Assembly: GCA_964291405.2 (NCBI GenBank)
Contig: OZ219926.1
Span: forward strand, 2,080,001-2,144,000
Direction of reading: 5' to 3'
Source of the DNA: Thermodesulfobacteriota bacterium
Lineage (GTDB): Bacteria; Desulfobacterota; Binatia; Bin18
DNA: 64,000 bases
Shown one piece after another: positions 28,331 to 37,802 of this stretch. The notes beneath the pieces are model-generated. The model ran no database searches, was not told where the DNA came from, and saw only the letters and a program-made list of their open reading frames with translations. The position numbers were made by a program, and so were the translations under genes. Each line of letters starts with the position of its first letter. Position 1 is the first letter of the stretch.

Positions 28331-29251
28331 TCAGAGCTCCCCTCGAGCGACCTTGATGAAGACATCCTCAAGCGTTGGGCGTGAGACATGGATGTCGACA
28401 ATAGGGCTACCGCTCTGTGTCAAGTGCCGGAGTAAGGGGTCGAGTTGGTGGGTTGGATCATCGAGGACAAAACGCAAGGCGTGATCTCCGTTCTGCTCAA
28501 TCCGAGATATGCCATTCAGTTGACGGATGGGGGTGAGATCAGACCCGGCTTGAAAGGTTACCTCTACGACCTGGTGCGGAATGAGCCGCTTAATATGAGC
28601 AGCCGTATCAACTCGGAGAATCTCGCCTTGACTTAAAAAGGCAATCCTCCCACACAACTCTTCGACTTCGTTCATATTATGTGAGGTGAACAGAATGGTT
28701 GTTTTTCGTTCCTGTTGAACGGCTTGCAGCGCCCGCCGGGTTTTTTCAGCAATGTCCGGATCGAGGCCAACGGTACACTCATCGAGCAGCAAGAGCTCCG
28801 GGTCGTTCAGAAAGCCTTTACACAAGGTGACGCGGGTATGTTGGCCCGAGCTGAGGTGCTGTAAGCGGCGTTTGGCCAGGTCTGTAATCTCGAAGCGTTC
28901 GAGCAGTTCGTCGATTTTCCGGGGAAGATGTCTGACGCCATAGATGTGGCCATAAACCATCAGATTTTCCCACACGGTCAGCACGCCGTTCATACTGGTA
29001 AACGCCGCGGCCACATTCATCCGACGCCGAATGGCAACGTGGTTGGAGGCAAAATCGTGATCGAAAATTCGGATTGAACCGCTGTCGGCAATGATGAGGC
29101 CAAGCAGGATATTGATCGTGGTGGATTTCCCTGCTCCGTTCGGACCGAGCAAGCCAAAAAATTCTCCCCGCTCCACATCTAACGAGAGACCCCGGAGGGC
29201 TTCAACCGTACCATAACGTTTCCGCAGGTCACGGATTTCAAGGAGAGCCAT
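28331..29251 (-). CDS. ABC exporter ATP-binding protein
   Basis: Walker A GPNGAGKST, LSSGQ signature, LLLLDE and PTLEDVF. Confidence 0.93.
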   Translation of the reverse strand: MALLEIRDLRKRYGTVEALRGLSLDVERGEFFGLLGPNGAGKSTTINILLGLIIADSGSIRIFDHDFASNHVAIRRRMNVAAAFTSMNGVLTVWENLMVYGHIYGVRHLPRKIDELLERFEITDLAKRRLQHLSSGQHTRVTLCKGFLNDPELLLLDECTVGLDPDIAEKTRRALQAVQQERKTTILFTSHNMNEVEELCGRIAFLSQGEILRVDTAAHIKRLIPHQVVEVTFQAGSDLTPIRQLNGISRIEQNGDHALRFVLDDPTHQLDPLLRHLTQSGSPIVDIHVSRPTLEDVFIKVARGEL

Positions 29252-29315
29252 GGGCGAGTAATGAGAGAGGTATAAGCGGCGCGAATATGGAGCGAGGTAC
29301 ACCCGCCCCATACGC

Positions 29316-30566
29316 TTAGATCACGCCTTTTTCTTGAAGCTGGGCGACTTCTTCGCGGCTGAGTCCGGCAAAGTGGGTGTAAATCTGCTCGTTATCATGG
29401 CCAACGGGCACGGACCCACGCCAGATCTTGCCCGGTGTGGCGGAAAAGGACGGACTAACGCCAGTCCCTTTGACCCGGCCAACCTGATTGTCCTCCCACT
29501 CGACATGGACGTTCCGGGCCTCGTAGTGCGGATCTTCCGCCATATCCCTGCTGTTCATAATCGGACAGCAGGCGACCTGGGCAGCATTCATCTGTTCAAC
29601 CGCTTCCTCGACCGTTCGTTCGGCAATCCAGCCGCGCAGCAGGGCGTCAAACTCGATACCTTCCATGCCGTTGACATCGACACTGGCCCGCTGCCATTTC
29701 TCTTCTTCCGGGTCGAGATCCAGGACTCGGCACACCCGGGAAAAAACCGCCTGGCCGACCGCGCCGACCACCACCCAGCCATCGCTGGCCTGAAACGCAT
29801 CGTAGGGTTGAAACGCGGTGGCTTTATTACCCGTTCGCTCGCGGACAAAGCCATTGCTGAAATACTCGACCATCGTCCCCGAGAGCAGGCGGTGGATGGC
29901 CTCGAACTGCGAGATATCAACGACTTGCCCCGTGCCGGTGCGTTGTGCGGAAATATAGCCGGCCAGGGACGACCACAGGCAAAACAGGGCTGTAATATAG
30001 TCGGCCGTCCAGGGGTTGGCCCGTACCGGCGGATCAGGGTCGGGAAAGCCGGTCTGGTACATCAGTCCACCAAAAGCCTGGCCGATCATGTCGTACGAGG
30101 CCCGACTCAGGTAGTCCTGGTGACCGGACTGACCGTAGCCGGAGACATGGGCGATGACGAGCTTGGGGTTGGCCTGGAGCACGGCTTCATCGGTCAGGCC
30201 CCACTTGGCATAGGAGCCGGTCTTTGAACTCTCCATCCAGATGTCACACGACTTGACCAGCTTGAGAAACAGTTCCTTGCCCTCGGGCTTGCTGAAGTCC
30301 AGCGTGACATACCACTCGTTCCGCCGTTCCTGAATCCAGGTGGTGGCCACCTGCCCCTGGCCGTCTGTGGTTGGCAGTTGCATCCCCAGATGACGCCAGG
30401 ACGCGTCGCCCTCTCCGGTACGTTCGATCTGGATGACCTCGGCACCCATTTCCGCGGCCAAGGCCGCGGCAAACGGCTGGGCGACTAAAGTTCCGCTTGA
30501 TACAATCCGCACGCCCTGCAACGGGCCGAACTGTTCGGGTAGCAGTGATGCCGGACGAGTCTCCAT
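29316..30566 (-). CDS. CaiB/BaiF family III CoA-transferase
   Basis: GPLQGVRI, GAEVIQIE, VSGYGQSG and YDMIGQAFGG (catalytic Asp) motifs. Confidence 0.92.
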   Translation of the reverse strand: METRPASLLPEQFGPLQGVRIVSSGTLVAQPFAAALAAEMGAEVIQIERTGEGDASWRHLGMQLPTTDGQGQVATTWIQERRNEWYVTLDFSKPEGKELFLKLVKSCDIWMESSKTGSYAKWGLTDEAVLQANPKLVIAHVSGYGQSGHQDYLSRASYDMIGQAFGGLMYQTGFPDPDPPVRANPWTADYITALFCLWSSLAGYISAQRTGTGQVVDISQFEAIHRLLSGTMVEYFSNGFVRERTGNKATAFQPYDAFQASDGWVVVGAVGQAVFSRVCRVLDLDPEEEKWQRASVDVNGMEGIEFDALLRGWIAERTVEEAVEQMNAAQVACCPIMNSRDMAEDPHYEARNVHVEWEDNQVGRVKGTGVSPSFSATPGKIWRGSVPVGHDNEQIYTHFAGLSREEVAQLQEKGVI

Positions 30567-30723
30567 ACCGATCCTCCCATATATCCTGCAATATGCTGTC
30601 CATCCCTAACGGAAATCGAGAATGAAGAAAAGACTGCTTGAACGGCTGGGGACAAGGCTGTATACCGCAGAGCAGACCGGCCCGGAGTTATGCTCTCGGA
30701 TCGGTCAAGAATAAGGAGGACCT

Positions 30724-31032
30724 ATGTATAAAGTCATTGGGATTCTCAAGCGGCCTGAGGGGATGGGAATGGCAGATTTTCGCCGCTGGTGGTTGGAAGA
30801 ACACGCCCCCAAGGTGAAGCAATGGCCCGGCTTGAAACGGTATTGTATTAACCTGGCAACAACCGACGACCAGCGCTACGACGGCGTGGCCGAGGTCTGG
30901 TTTGAGACACAGGCAGATATGGACAAGGTCTTTGGGACCTCTGAAGGCCAGACGGCCAGAAACAGCGCGACGGGCGGCTCCGCGGAAATTGTGATCTTAT
31001 TAACGGAAGAAAACGTGATGGTGGACGGATAG
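30724..31032 (+). CDS. EthD family protein
   Basis: KRPEGM...FRRWWLEEHAP and YDGVAEVWF motifs; AAGGAGG RBS. Confidence 0.88.
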   Translation: MYKVIGILKRPEGMGMADFRRWWLEEHAPKVKQWPGLKRYCINLATTDDQRYDGVAEVWFETQADMDKVFGTSEGQTARNSATGGSAEIVILLTEENVMVDG

Positions 31033-31060
31033 AGCGATAGAGAATAGAGAGAAGAGATAG

Positions 31061-31097
31061 ACAAGGGGGCGGTGTCCGGACCGCCCCTTTGTTTTTT
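31061..31097 (+). terminator. rho-independent terminator downstream of the EthD gene
   Basis: ACAAGGGGGCGGT...ACCGCCCCTTTGT stem followed by a T-tract. Confidence 0.75.
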
Positions 31098-31110
31098 AGC
31101 GATCAGTTTT

Positions 31111-32802
31111 TTAGCGATCCGTACTGCGCAAAACCTGTCCGGGTAAGCCCCCCTGATACTCGTCATCTTGGTACAGAACCTGGCCGGATACGACCGTCGT
31201 CTTGATCCCTTTGGATTTGGCAACAAAGCGTTTCCCGCCGCCGGGCAGGTCCCAGACATATTCCGGGTCTTTGGCATCGACCGTGTCGGGATCGAACAGC
31301 GTGAGGTCAGCCACCAGGCCCGGGGCAATGCGCCCCCGGTTGGGAATACCGAACAGATCGGCCGGGACTGAGGTCAGCCGCCGGACGCCCTCTTCAATGC
31401 TCAACACCTGATTGTCCCGCACCCAGCGACCGAGCAGATAGGTCGCGTACCCCGCATCGCACAACATGTCCACGTGCGCCCCACCGTCGGACAAGCCGAT
31501 CAGAAAGCGGGGGTCACTGACCAGATTTTTCACCCCTTCGGGTTCGAAATTGAACGCCTGAAGGTCGAACATCAACTCCAGGCGGTCGGCCACCGCCAGG
31601 TCAAGAAAAGCGTCAACCACATCCTTGCCCTGGTCGCGAGCAATCTCGGCCACCGTTTTCTTGCTGGCAACATGCGGTTTGACCGCTTCAGTGTGGGCAT
31701 CAATCACGGTCATCCGCCCCCACTGGCCGCGAAAGATCCGGCGCTTATCCATCTCTTCGCGAAAGGCGTTGCGAAAGCCCGGATCGGCATAAATCTGCAT
31801 CTGCTCTTCGACACTCTTGTTGAAGACATGGTGCCAGGCCGAAAAAATCGCGAAGATGAACGGGTTCTTCATATTGAACTGGACCCGCAGCGGGCGGCAG
31901 GTGACCTGCGGTACGGCTTTGTCCCAACCGAGGATAGGTTGGACCTTCTCCACGGCGTTGAGGTAGGACTCCGGCTTGCCCGGCTTATTGAACAGGGCCA
32001 GGAAGGTGACCGGACGCTGGCTTTCATCCACCAGGAATTTGAGCAGATCGTATTCGTCGTCCGAGACCTGGCCGACATTGGTCCCGGTCAGGGCCAGCTC
32101 AATCGTGCCACGGCCCTCTTCTTTCATGACCTGGCACAAGGCACTCCACTCGGCCCGACTGGCGTTGCGGCAAGCGAGTGGACGGCCCTCAAAGCCGATA
32201 TGGTTGTTGAGAATGGTACTGGTCAGGCCGAACGCGCCGGCGTGCATGGCGTTGCGAAACAGCCGTTGCATTTCGCCGATTTCGTCCGGTGTGGCTTCCC
32301 GCTCAAACGACTCTTCGCCCATCACATAGTGCCGCAGGGGTGTGAGGGCGGCTAACGAGGCCACGTTGATACCCATCCCGCGTTTTTGTAAGACATCGAG
32401 ATATTCGGCGTGGGTTTCCCACTGCCAGTCAATGCCCCGCTCCATAACCTCGAACGGGATCGCTTCGACATTCACCAGGTCCCACATGACAATATCACGG
32501 GCTTTGGGTCGAACCGGCGCAACACCCACCCCGCAGTTGCCCATCACCACCGTGGTAATGCCGTGCCAGGAGGAGCAGGTTACCAGAGGGTCCCAGGCGA
32601 CTTGGGCATCGTAGTGGGTATGCGGATCAATAAAACCCGGTGCCAGCACCAAGCCGTCGGCATTGATTTTCTTTTGGGCCGCCTCGCCATTACCCTTACC
32701 CACCGCGGCAATCAGGCCGTCTTTGACCGCCACATTGCCGTAGAAGCTTTGTGTGCCCGTGCCGTCGCAGATACGGGCGTCTTCAATAATCAGGTCATAC
32801 AT
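31111..32802 (-). CDS. amidohydrolase (N-acyl-D-amino acid deacylase-like)
   Basis: PGFIDPHTHYD, GITTVVMGNCG, SDGGAH and GRIAPGLVAD motifs. Confidence 0.9.
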   Translation of the reverse strand: MYDLIIEDARICDGTGTQSFYGNVAVKDGLIAAVGKGNGEAAQKKINADGLVLAPGFIDPHTHYDAQVAWDPLVTCSSWHGITTVVMGNCGVGVAPVRPKARDIVMWDLVNVEAIPFEVMERGIDWQWETHAEYLDVLQKRGMGINVASLAALTPLRHYVMGEESFEREATPDEIGEMQRLFRNAMHAGAFGLTSTILNNHIGFEGRPLACRNASRAEWSALCQVMKEEGRGTIELALTGTNVGQVSDDEYDLLKFLVDESQRPVTFLALFNKPGKPESYLNAVEKVQPILGWDKAVPQVTCRPLRVQFNMKNPFIFAIFSAWHHVFNKSVEEQMQIYADPGFRNAFREEMDKRRIFRGQWGRMTVIDAHTEAVKPHVASKKTVAEIARDQGKDVVDAFLDLAVADRLELMFDLQAFNFEPEGVKNLVSDPRFLIGLSDGGAHVDMLCDAGYATYLLGRWVRDNQVLSIEEGVRRLTSVPADLFGIPNRGRIAPGLVADLTLFDPDTVDAKDPEYVWDLPGGGKRFVAKSKGIKTTVVSGQVLYQDDEYQGGLPGQVLRSTDR

Positions 32803-32825
32803 GAACGATTCCTCCTCTTTACCAA

Positions 32826-33566
32826 TCAACCTAGATCAACCCGGACGCCAGCATCCAGACCCATCGCAACCCGATACCCGCCTTCCTGAGCTGCCTGGAA
32901 TTTCTCACACCATTCCGTGATGCTGTCTCGGATCTTCCGCTGTCGTTCGGTTGTGGTGGCGTATCCACGCACCATATCAAAAACGGGCTCGCCATGGGCT
33001 TCGGCCTCACCGGCATGCGCGTAGAAGAATTCAAGGTCGTACCTGGTCAGGCCGTATTTTTCTTTGAGGGCGCGTACTAGGCCCTTCATGGAGTCATCAC
33101 TGCGCGTCTCGCCACCAATCGACATGGCCGCCAGGGTGACGAGGCCGTACTCCTTCCTGCCAAGCTCAATCACCCAGTCAACATAGGCGACCGACTCTTG
33201 GGAAACGACCGGCTGCCGGACCTCATCTTCGGTAGCGCCGAGCGCTTGAGCCAATCGCATGGACAGCATCCAGTGGGCGTCTTCCCCACGACCCATAATC
33301 GTTTCTTCGTCAATCAGATTTTCAACAATATGGCGTCGGATTTTTCGGTCGAGCGGTCCAAGGCCGGTATTCATAAAAATCCCACCAAAGGCCCGGATAT
33401 GCTGACCGGTGACATAAAAGAGGTTGAGCGCCCATTTTTTCAGTTGCGGGCGAGACAGCTCCCCGGCCAGCAGGCCCTGATAGAAGCTAGGGCCAAGCAG
33501 GGGTTTTTCATCTTGGTGTTGGATATAGCCGCGCAAATCAGCCAAAAAGGTATCAACTGTTGCCAT
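32826..33566 (-). CDS. TenA/PqqC/CADD-like heme-oxygenase-fold (putative diiron) protein
   Basis: ENLIDEE...DAH, GGE and FFYAHAGEAEAH metal-ligand pattern; AAGGAGG RBS before MATVDT. Confidence 0.75.
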   Translation of the reverse strand: MATVDTFLADLRGYIQHQDEKPLLGPSFYQGLLAGELSRPQLKKWALNLFYVTGQHIRAFGGIFMNTGLGPLDRKIRRHIVENLIDEETIMGRGEDAHWMLSMRLAQALGATEDEVRQPVVSQESVAYVDWVIELGRKEYGLVTLAAMSIGGETRSDDSMKGLVRALKEKYGLTRYDLEFFYAHAGEAEAHGEPVFDMVRGYATTTERQRKIRDSITEWCEKFQAAQEGGYRVAMGLDAGVRVDLG

Positions 33567-33690
33567 GGACCCCCTCCTTCTCTCGTCATTATGCATCCCT
33601 TTGCAGGAGAGCCGCGCAAGAGACCGCCGGGTGCGCTGAGGGGGCTTGTAAGAGCCCCCGTAGAAATGTTTCCCGCCACGGACAACGGCT

Positions 33691-33975
33691 CTACGGTTCA
33701 CGGCTTCCCGCCGGGTCTACCCGTGATGGGTCGAGGCGAACAATGGTCGCGCCCCAACCGCCCCCCCCCATTGGCGCATCAGCAAAGTCTTTCACATAGG
33801 GCAGACGAGCAAGCAGTGAACGAATATTCTCGCGCTGAATCCCTTTGCCTTTGCCGTGGATGAGGCGCACCTGGGTAAACCCTGCGCTGCAACACTCGCG
33901 TAAATATTCCTCGACGATGCTCCTGATTTCCTTGGGCGCAAAAGGATGGAGGTCAATCACATCCTCAATGGGCAT
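33691..33975 (-). CDS. Smr/MutS2 C-terminal domain protein
   Basis: IDLH, LIHGKGKG and GGWGATIV motifs. The frame stays open a short way upstream (LDDSPFPDPIV) to the edge of the duplicated element. Confidence 0.88.
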   Translation of the reverse strand: MPIEDVIDLHPFAPKEIRSIVEEYLRECCSAGFTQVRLIHGKGKGIQRENIRSLLARLPYVKDFADAPMGGGGWGATIVRLDPSRVDPAGSREP

Positions 33976-34023
33976 GACAATAGGGTCGGGGAAGGGGCTG
34001 TCGTCGAGTTCTCCCGAGGCGGA

Positions 34024-34415
34024 GATGTCGGTGAGGAATATTCAAAGAAACGATATTCGATCCTTCTACGGTCGTTGCAGGAATCCGTTACTCTCCATTG
34101 TATGCTCGCGGGCGCTCTGTAAACGTAATTTGGGTCCCTCTCGCATTGCCACACGCAGCTCTGGAACAACGGACTTGGCATCTGTCAATCGCGCTTGCCG
34201 GGGATTTTGGTTGTGAAAAAAAGCTGAGTCCAGTGGCGGGGACCCTTTTACTTTGCTGCTTACAAGCGGCAGGTAGTCCCCTCCCCACCGTTATGGGTCC
34301 TCTGGATTATCATCCTGATTGATAGCTTCCGTCCTTGGGCTGGCACGACATGGTATAATGAAAACTGTCTGCTGCCGTTCTCTGGGCAATCCCCTTGGCG
34401 AAAAGTTATTTGTTG
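34024..34415. repeat. non-coding duplicated element, copy A
   Basis: Shares long identical blocks with 35126-35462, e.g. CCATTGTATGCTCGCGGGCGCTCTGTAAACGTAATTTGGGTCCCTC and AGTCCAGTGGCGGGGACCCTTTTACTTTGCTGCTTACAAGCGGCAGGTA. Confidence 0.88.
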
Positions 34416-34485
34416 AGAGCGAAGCAAGAATATACCGGCAGAGTAATCCCACCCTTCGCGTTGTCTTTTTTTTGCAGGTAACGGA

Positions 34486-34821
34486 CTAAGGCGATGGCCG
34501 CCCCACGATCGTGCTGGTAATGGTCAGAATGGCCACGGCCATAAACCTGTACATGCCCTGAAAGCCTTTCGCCTTGTCCTCCCGCAAGGTCGCCATATCG
34601 CTCTTTAACTCGGCCTTGACTTCGGCAAGCTTGGTCCTGACTTCGACAATCTCCGTTCGGCCTTAGCTTCGGTGAGGTCGGTGACTGCCGGCGGTCTCCA
34701 AGCCGGCTTGGACTTCAGCCAAGTCGGCCTTGGTTGCCACATTTGCGCCCACGGCCTCACCGACCGTCTCCACCGACGGCGGCTTGAAGCGCCTTGACGG
34801 CTTTCTTGTCCCAGGGTGCAT
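34486..34821 (-). pseudogene. frameshifted DUF1640/CCDC90-like coiled-coil protein remnant
   Basis: Fragments in shifting frames: KAVKALQAA / VETVGEAVGANVATKADLAEVQAGLET / EIVEVRTKLAEVKAELKSDMATLRE / MYRFMAVAILTITSTIVG. Confidence 0.62.
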
Positions 34822-35125
34822 ACGCTTTCTATTACGGCACGCGGCCCGGCCCGTCAACGGTGTATATCCGGTCCGTGGCGCTCGGAACCCTTTCGGCTTG
34901 CGGCTCAGCCGCTCTCTATCCTCAGCATCCTGCGCGATAACTAACATTCACCTGTTGACATATCTGGCAACATCTCTCACAACCTTGGTCGCCGTCGAAT
35001 CCGACGCCCCAGTACGAACTCGAAACATACATTCCTACCGGGGGTACAACTGTGGGACTGTTCTATCAAACCCGGGTGTGTAGTAATATTGGTTCCCTCC
35101 AGGCCATGTTCCTGTCACTGTCCCG

Positions 35126-35462
35126 GATGTCGGTGAGGAATATTCGAAACGATATTCATCCTTCTACGGTCGTGCAGGAATCCGTTACTCAAGCCATTGT
35201 ATGCTCGCGGGCGCTCTGTAAACGTAATTTGGGTCCCTCACGCATTGCCACACGCAGCTCTGGGTGTTTGGTGCGCCTGAATGAGACAGCGGACTTGGCA
35301 TTGTCAATCGCGCTTGCCGGGCCATTTTGGTTGTCCCGCAGCTAGTCCAGTGGCGGGGACCCTTTTACTTTGCTGCTTACAAGCGGCAGGTATCTCAAGT
35401 CGTTGTCCCCTCCCCATCGTCCTTGGCTCAAACCAATCCCCTTGGCCAAAAGTTATTTGTTG
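35126..35462. repeat. non-coding duplicated element, copy B
   Basis: Direct repeat of 34024-34415, differing mostly by indels. Confidence 0.88.
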
Positions 35463-36579
35463 GGCACTGCGGTTCTCGCCACAATCCCCTTGTCCCCTGA
35501 CCTATCACGGTCACATTTAGCGACAGTGTGCTTGCGGTGGAGCCGCTCCGGGCTTCGCCGTAGTGAGCCGGCAAGCCGTACCGCGCCCCTACGTCATTGG
35601 CACACACGAGGCCAGAAGCACACTGGCCGGGGTCGCAATCCCCTTGCCCCGCGCTACACGGGCCATAGTCCCGACAGTAGTCCGCGTGGCCAGGCTGCCC
35701 CCGCCCGTCGCCGCTCCGGGCTTCGCACACATCGTAGTTGAGCCGGATATCCGTACCTTGCCCCCACGTCATTACTGAGGCCGGCCTGGCACTCGCTGTT
35801 AAGTCGCAAATTGCCCCCGACACGGGCCAAAGTCCCGACAGGTAGTCCGGTGCTTCGCACACATCCACGGCTAGGATAATATGCGCCCGACGCGCCCACA
35901 TCGCAATCGTTGGGATCCGGTAGCTACCCACTACGTCATTCGGCTGCGAGCACCATCGCCAGAAGCCATGGCGCAGGTGCCACTTCTCCCGGGCTACCGA
36001 CCAGCGTACTTCTTCTTCTTTGAAGAAGAGGGCCCCGCGTTTTTTACGCGGCAGACGGTCGGCTATGCGTGGATAGCGCTGTTGCGCGGTCGTGAAGACC
36101 TCCCGTAGGATGCTGCGCGACTCAACAGACAAATCCGTATGGATGATGGTCAGGATATACTGGTGCTCAAGCAGGTGGGTAGTGAGCGCTTCGACCAGGG
36201 CAATGGCATCCTCATCCTGTCCATCTGCGGCCTGTGGAAGCGCCTGCTCGGCCCGGTCGATATAATACCAATAGTGCTCCAATGCGACCTGGGCAGCGTC
36301 TGTATCCTGGACGGTCAGCATAGCTTCGACTTCTGCCAGTTTTTCCCGGGCAAAACCGAGCGAGAGATCAACGACCTGCTGGGCGGTCGTGGCCAGCCAG
36401 AGTTGCCCCGCTTCGGACCAGGAGTCGAGTTGATACCCCACTGTGTCCGGTGTACGGCCGGGTTCCGGCAACCATTCGATATCACCAAAGGTCGTGACGA
36501 AACCGTGGCCGGCTACTGCCGGGGACGAAACGAGCAGAAAGCAAACGAGCAGACCGTTTTGAAGGGAGTGGGATTTCAC
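35428..36579 (-). CDS. secreted helical protein (DUF5667-like) running into degenerate Cys-rich repeats; 3' half probably chimeric or decayed
   Basis: Signal peptide, PGRTPDTVGYQLDSWSE and AREKLAEVEAM, then an abrupt switch to DYCRDYGPCSAGQGDCDPGQC repeats. Confidence 0.55.
   Translation of the reverse strand: MKSHSLQNGLLVCFLLVSSPAVAGHGFVTTFGDIEWLPEPGRTPDTVGYQLDSWSEAGQLWLATTAQQVVDLSLGFAREKLAEVEAMLTVQDTDAAQVALEHYWYYIDRAEQALPQAADGQDEDAIALVEALTTHLLEHQYILTIIHTDLSVESRSILREVFTTAQQRYPRIADRLPRKKRGALFFKEEEVRWSVAREKWHLRHGFWRWCSQPNDVVGSYRIPTIAMWARRAHIILAVDVCEAPDYLSGLWPVSGAICDLTASARPASVMTWGQGTDIRLNYDVCEARSGDGRGQPGHADYCRDYGPCSAGQGDCDPGQCASGLVCANDVGARYGLPAHYGEARSGSTASTLSLNVTVIGQGTRGLWREPQCPTNNFWPRGLV
35543..35945 (-). 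repeat. about three degenerate copies of a ~45-aa Cys-rich coding repeat
   Basis: Recurring DNA blocks CCGCTCCGGGCTTCGC, CTTCGCACACATC, ACGTCATT and AGTCCCGACAG. One copy is near-intact; the others are frameshifted. Confidence 0.7.
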
Positions 36580-37640
36580 GAGAGATCCTGCCTATTGGGT
36601 GTGATGGGTCGTGCGGATTCTTGCAGGATGGAATGAATCGTTGTATCCGCGTCGTCCGTGTACTCGGCAACCGTGACCAGAAAATCAACCGGCAGATACT
36701 CTCCGTTGGGCGCCAACTCCAGGAAGACTTTATACACGCCGGCGGTGGGGAAGACGTGATGCAGCGGCACGTCCGGGCCAAAATACTCCTGCTTTGCCGG
36801 ACGGCTCATGAGCTGGACCATGAGCCGGGCCATCTGGTCTGACGACATGCTGTGACCACGCATACCTTCCATAAAACGGGCCATCTCCGCTGTGTAGGTG
36901 TGCTGATGGCCGAAATGCTCACCGTCCAGGCGCCAGCTTGCCATATGGACTTCGGTGCCGAGATAGAGACCCAAATTTCTGACCGGGACCCCCTCTGCGG
37001 AGGTGAGGTGACACACAATCTCTACCTCGTGGCCAGCAATGGGTGGAGAGGGCGAAGTGCGTAAGGCAACGCGATACGCACCAAACTGTTTTTCCTGACG
37101 GAAATCAGGCTCGGGCGACGGGCCGGACTCTCCCGTGACGGTGACAGTGAAGTGTTTGGTCCAGCTTCTATCCTTATGGGTAAACTCATTGACAATGAGA
37201 TACTGCCCCGCCTTGGGAAACGTATAGGGAAAATGAAACCGAGCACGCTGGAGGTCCTGGTCAGTGAGCGGAATATAGTCCTCATGGTGGGTGTGGGCAA
37301 ATATGGATAAATCACGGCTCACGATAAAGGTGTGGAGGGCTCGTTCGTGTAATATTTGCAGGTCAGAAACCGATCGTTGTGTCTTGGTATGGGTCAGGTG
37401 AAAGGTCAGAGTTGTTTCCTGGCCAGCCTGCGGGAGCGTTGATCCAAGGTCCAGTATCAGCTGATATGGCCCGGCCGGCCGGGCCACGAGTCGGGTGTCT
37501 TCGCTACCCCAACATCCACTCAGGCCGTGCAGCAAGAGACCCAGCACTCCGCTCCAGAGCACAACGTCCAGCCACGATCCTGTTCTGAGCCAAGTCGAAG
37601 AGGAAGGGTCTGGTGTGGACTGGGAAACCATCTTCATCAC
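36576..37640 (-). CDS. exported His/Met-rich heavy-metal-binding protein with two tandem domains
   Basis: Hydrophobic N-terminus ending LSGC; HERALHTFIVSRDLSIFAHTHH and YLGTEVHM..HFGHQH motifs; paired FPKAGQY / FPTAGVY. Confidence 0.65.
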   Translation of the reverse strand: MMKMVSQSTPDPSSSTWLRTGSWLDVVLWSGVLGLLLHGLSGCWGSEDTRLVARPAGPYQLILDLGSTLPQAGQETTLTFHLTHTKTQRSVSDLQILHERALHTFIVSRDLSIFAHTHHEDYIPLTDQDLQRARFHFPYTFPKAGQYLIVNEFTHKDRSWTKHFTVTVTGESGPSPEPDFRQEKQFGAYRVALRTSPSPPIAGHEVEIVCHLTSAEGVPVRNLGLYLGTEVHMASWRLDGEHFGHQHTYTAEMARFMEGMRGHSMSSDQMARLMVQLMSRPAKQEYFGPDVPLHHVFPTAGVYKVFLELAPNGEYLPVDFLVTVAEYTDDADTTIHSILQESARPITPNRQDLS

Positions 37641-37802
37641 CGCTACAGTATAAAAAAATTGAGTATTTGTCGATGTTTAGCGCACTATTGAGGTTCTTGC
37701 TTTTCTGTAGCCATTACTCTATACCGAGAGAAGCCTTCGGGGGTACACGTCTCTTCTCGCCGAGAAGAGCATAAGGCTTTTCGGGTGGAAGGTGCACATA
37801 CT

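Noticed and set aside
31029-31062. Purine-rich AG tract after the EthD gene
   Set aside because: Short low-complexity spacer before a terminator, with no regular period.
34225-34275. Cobalamin riboswitch in the duplicated element (ACCTGCC and CCCGCCACTG on the minus strand)
   Set aside because: The motifs are in the wrong order, the GGGAA core is absent and no B12-related gene lies downstream.
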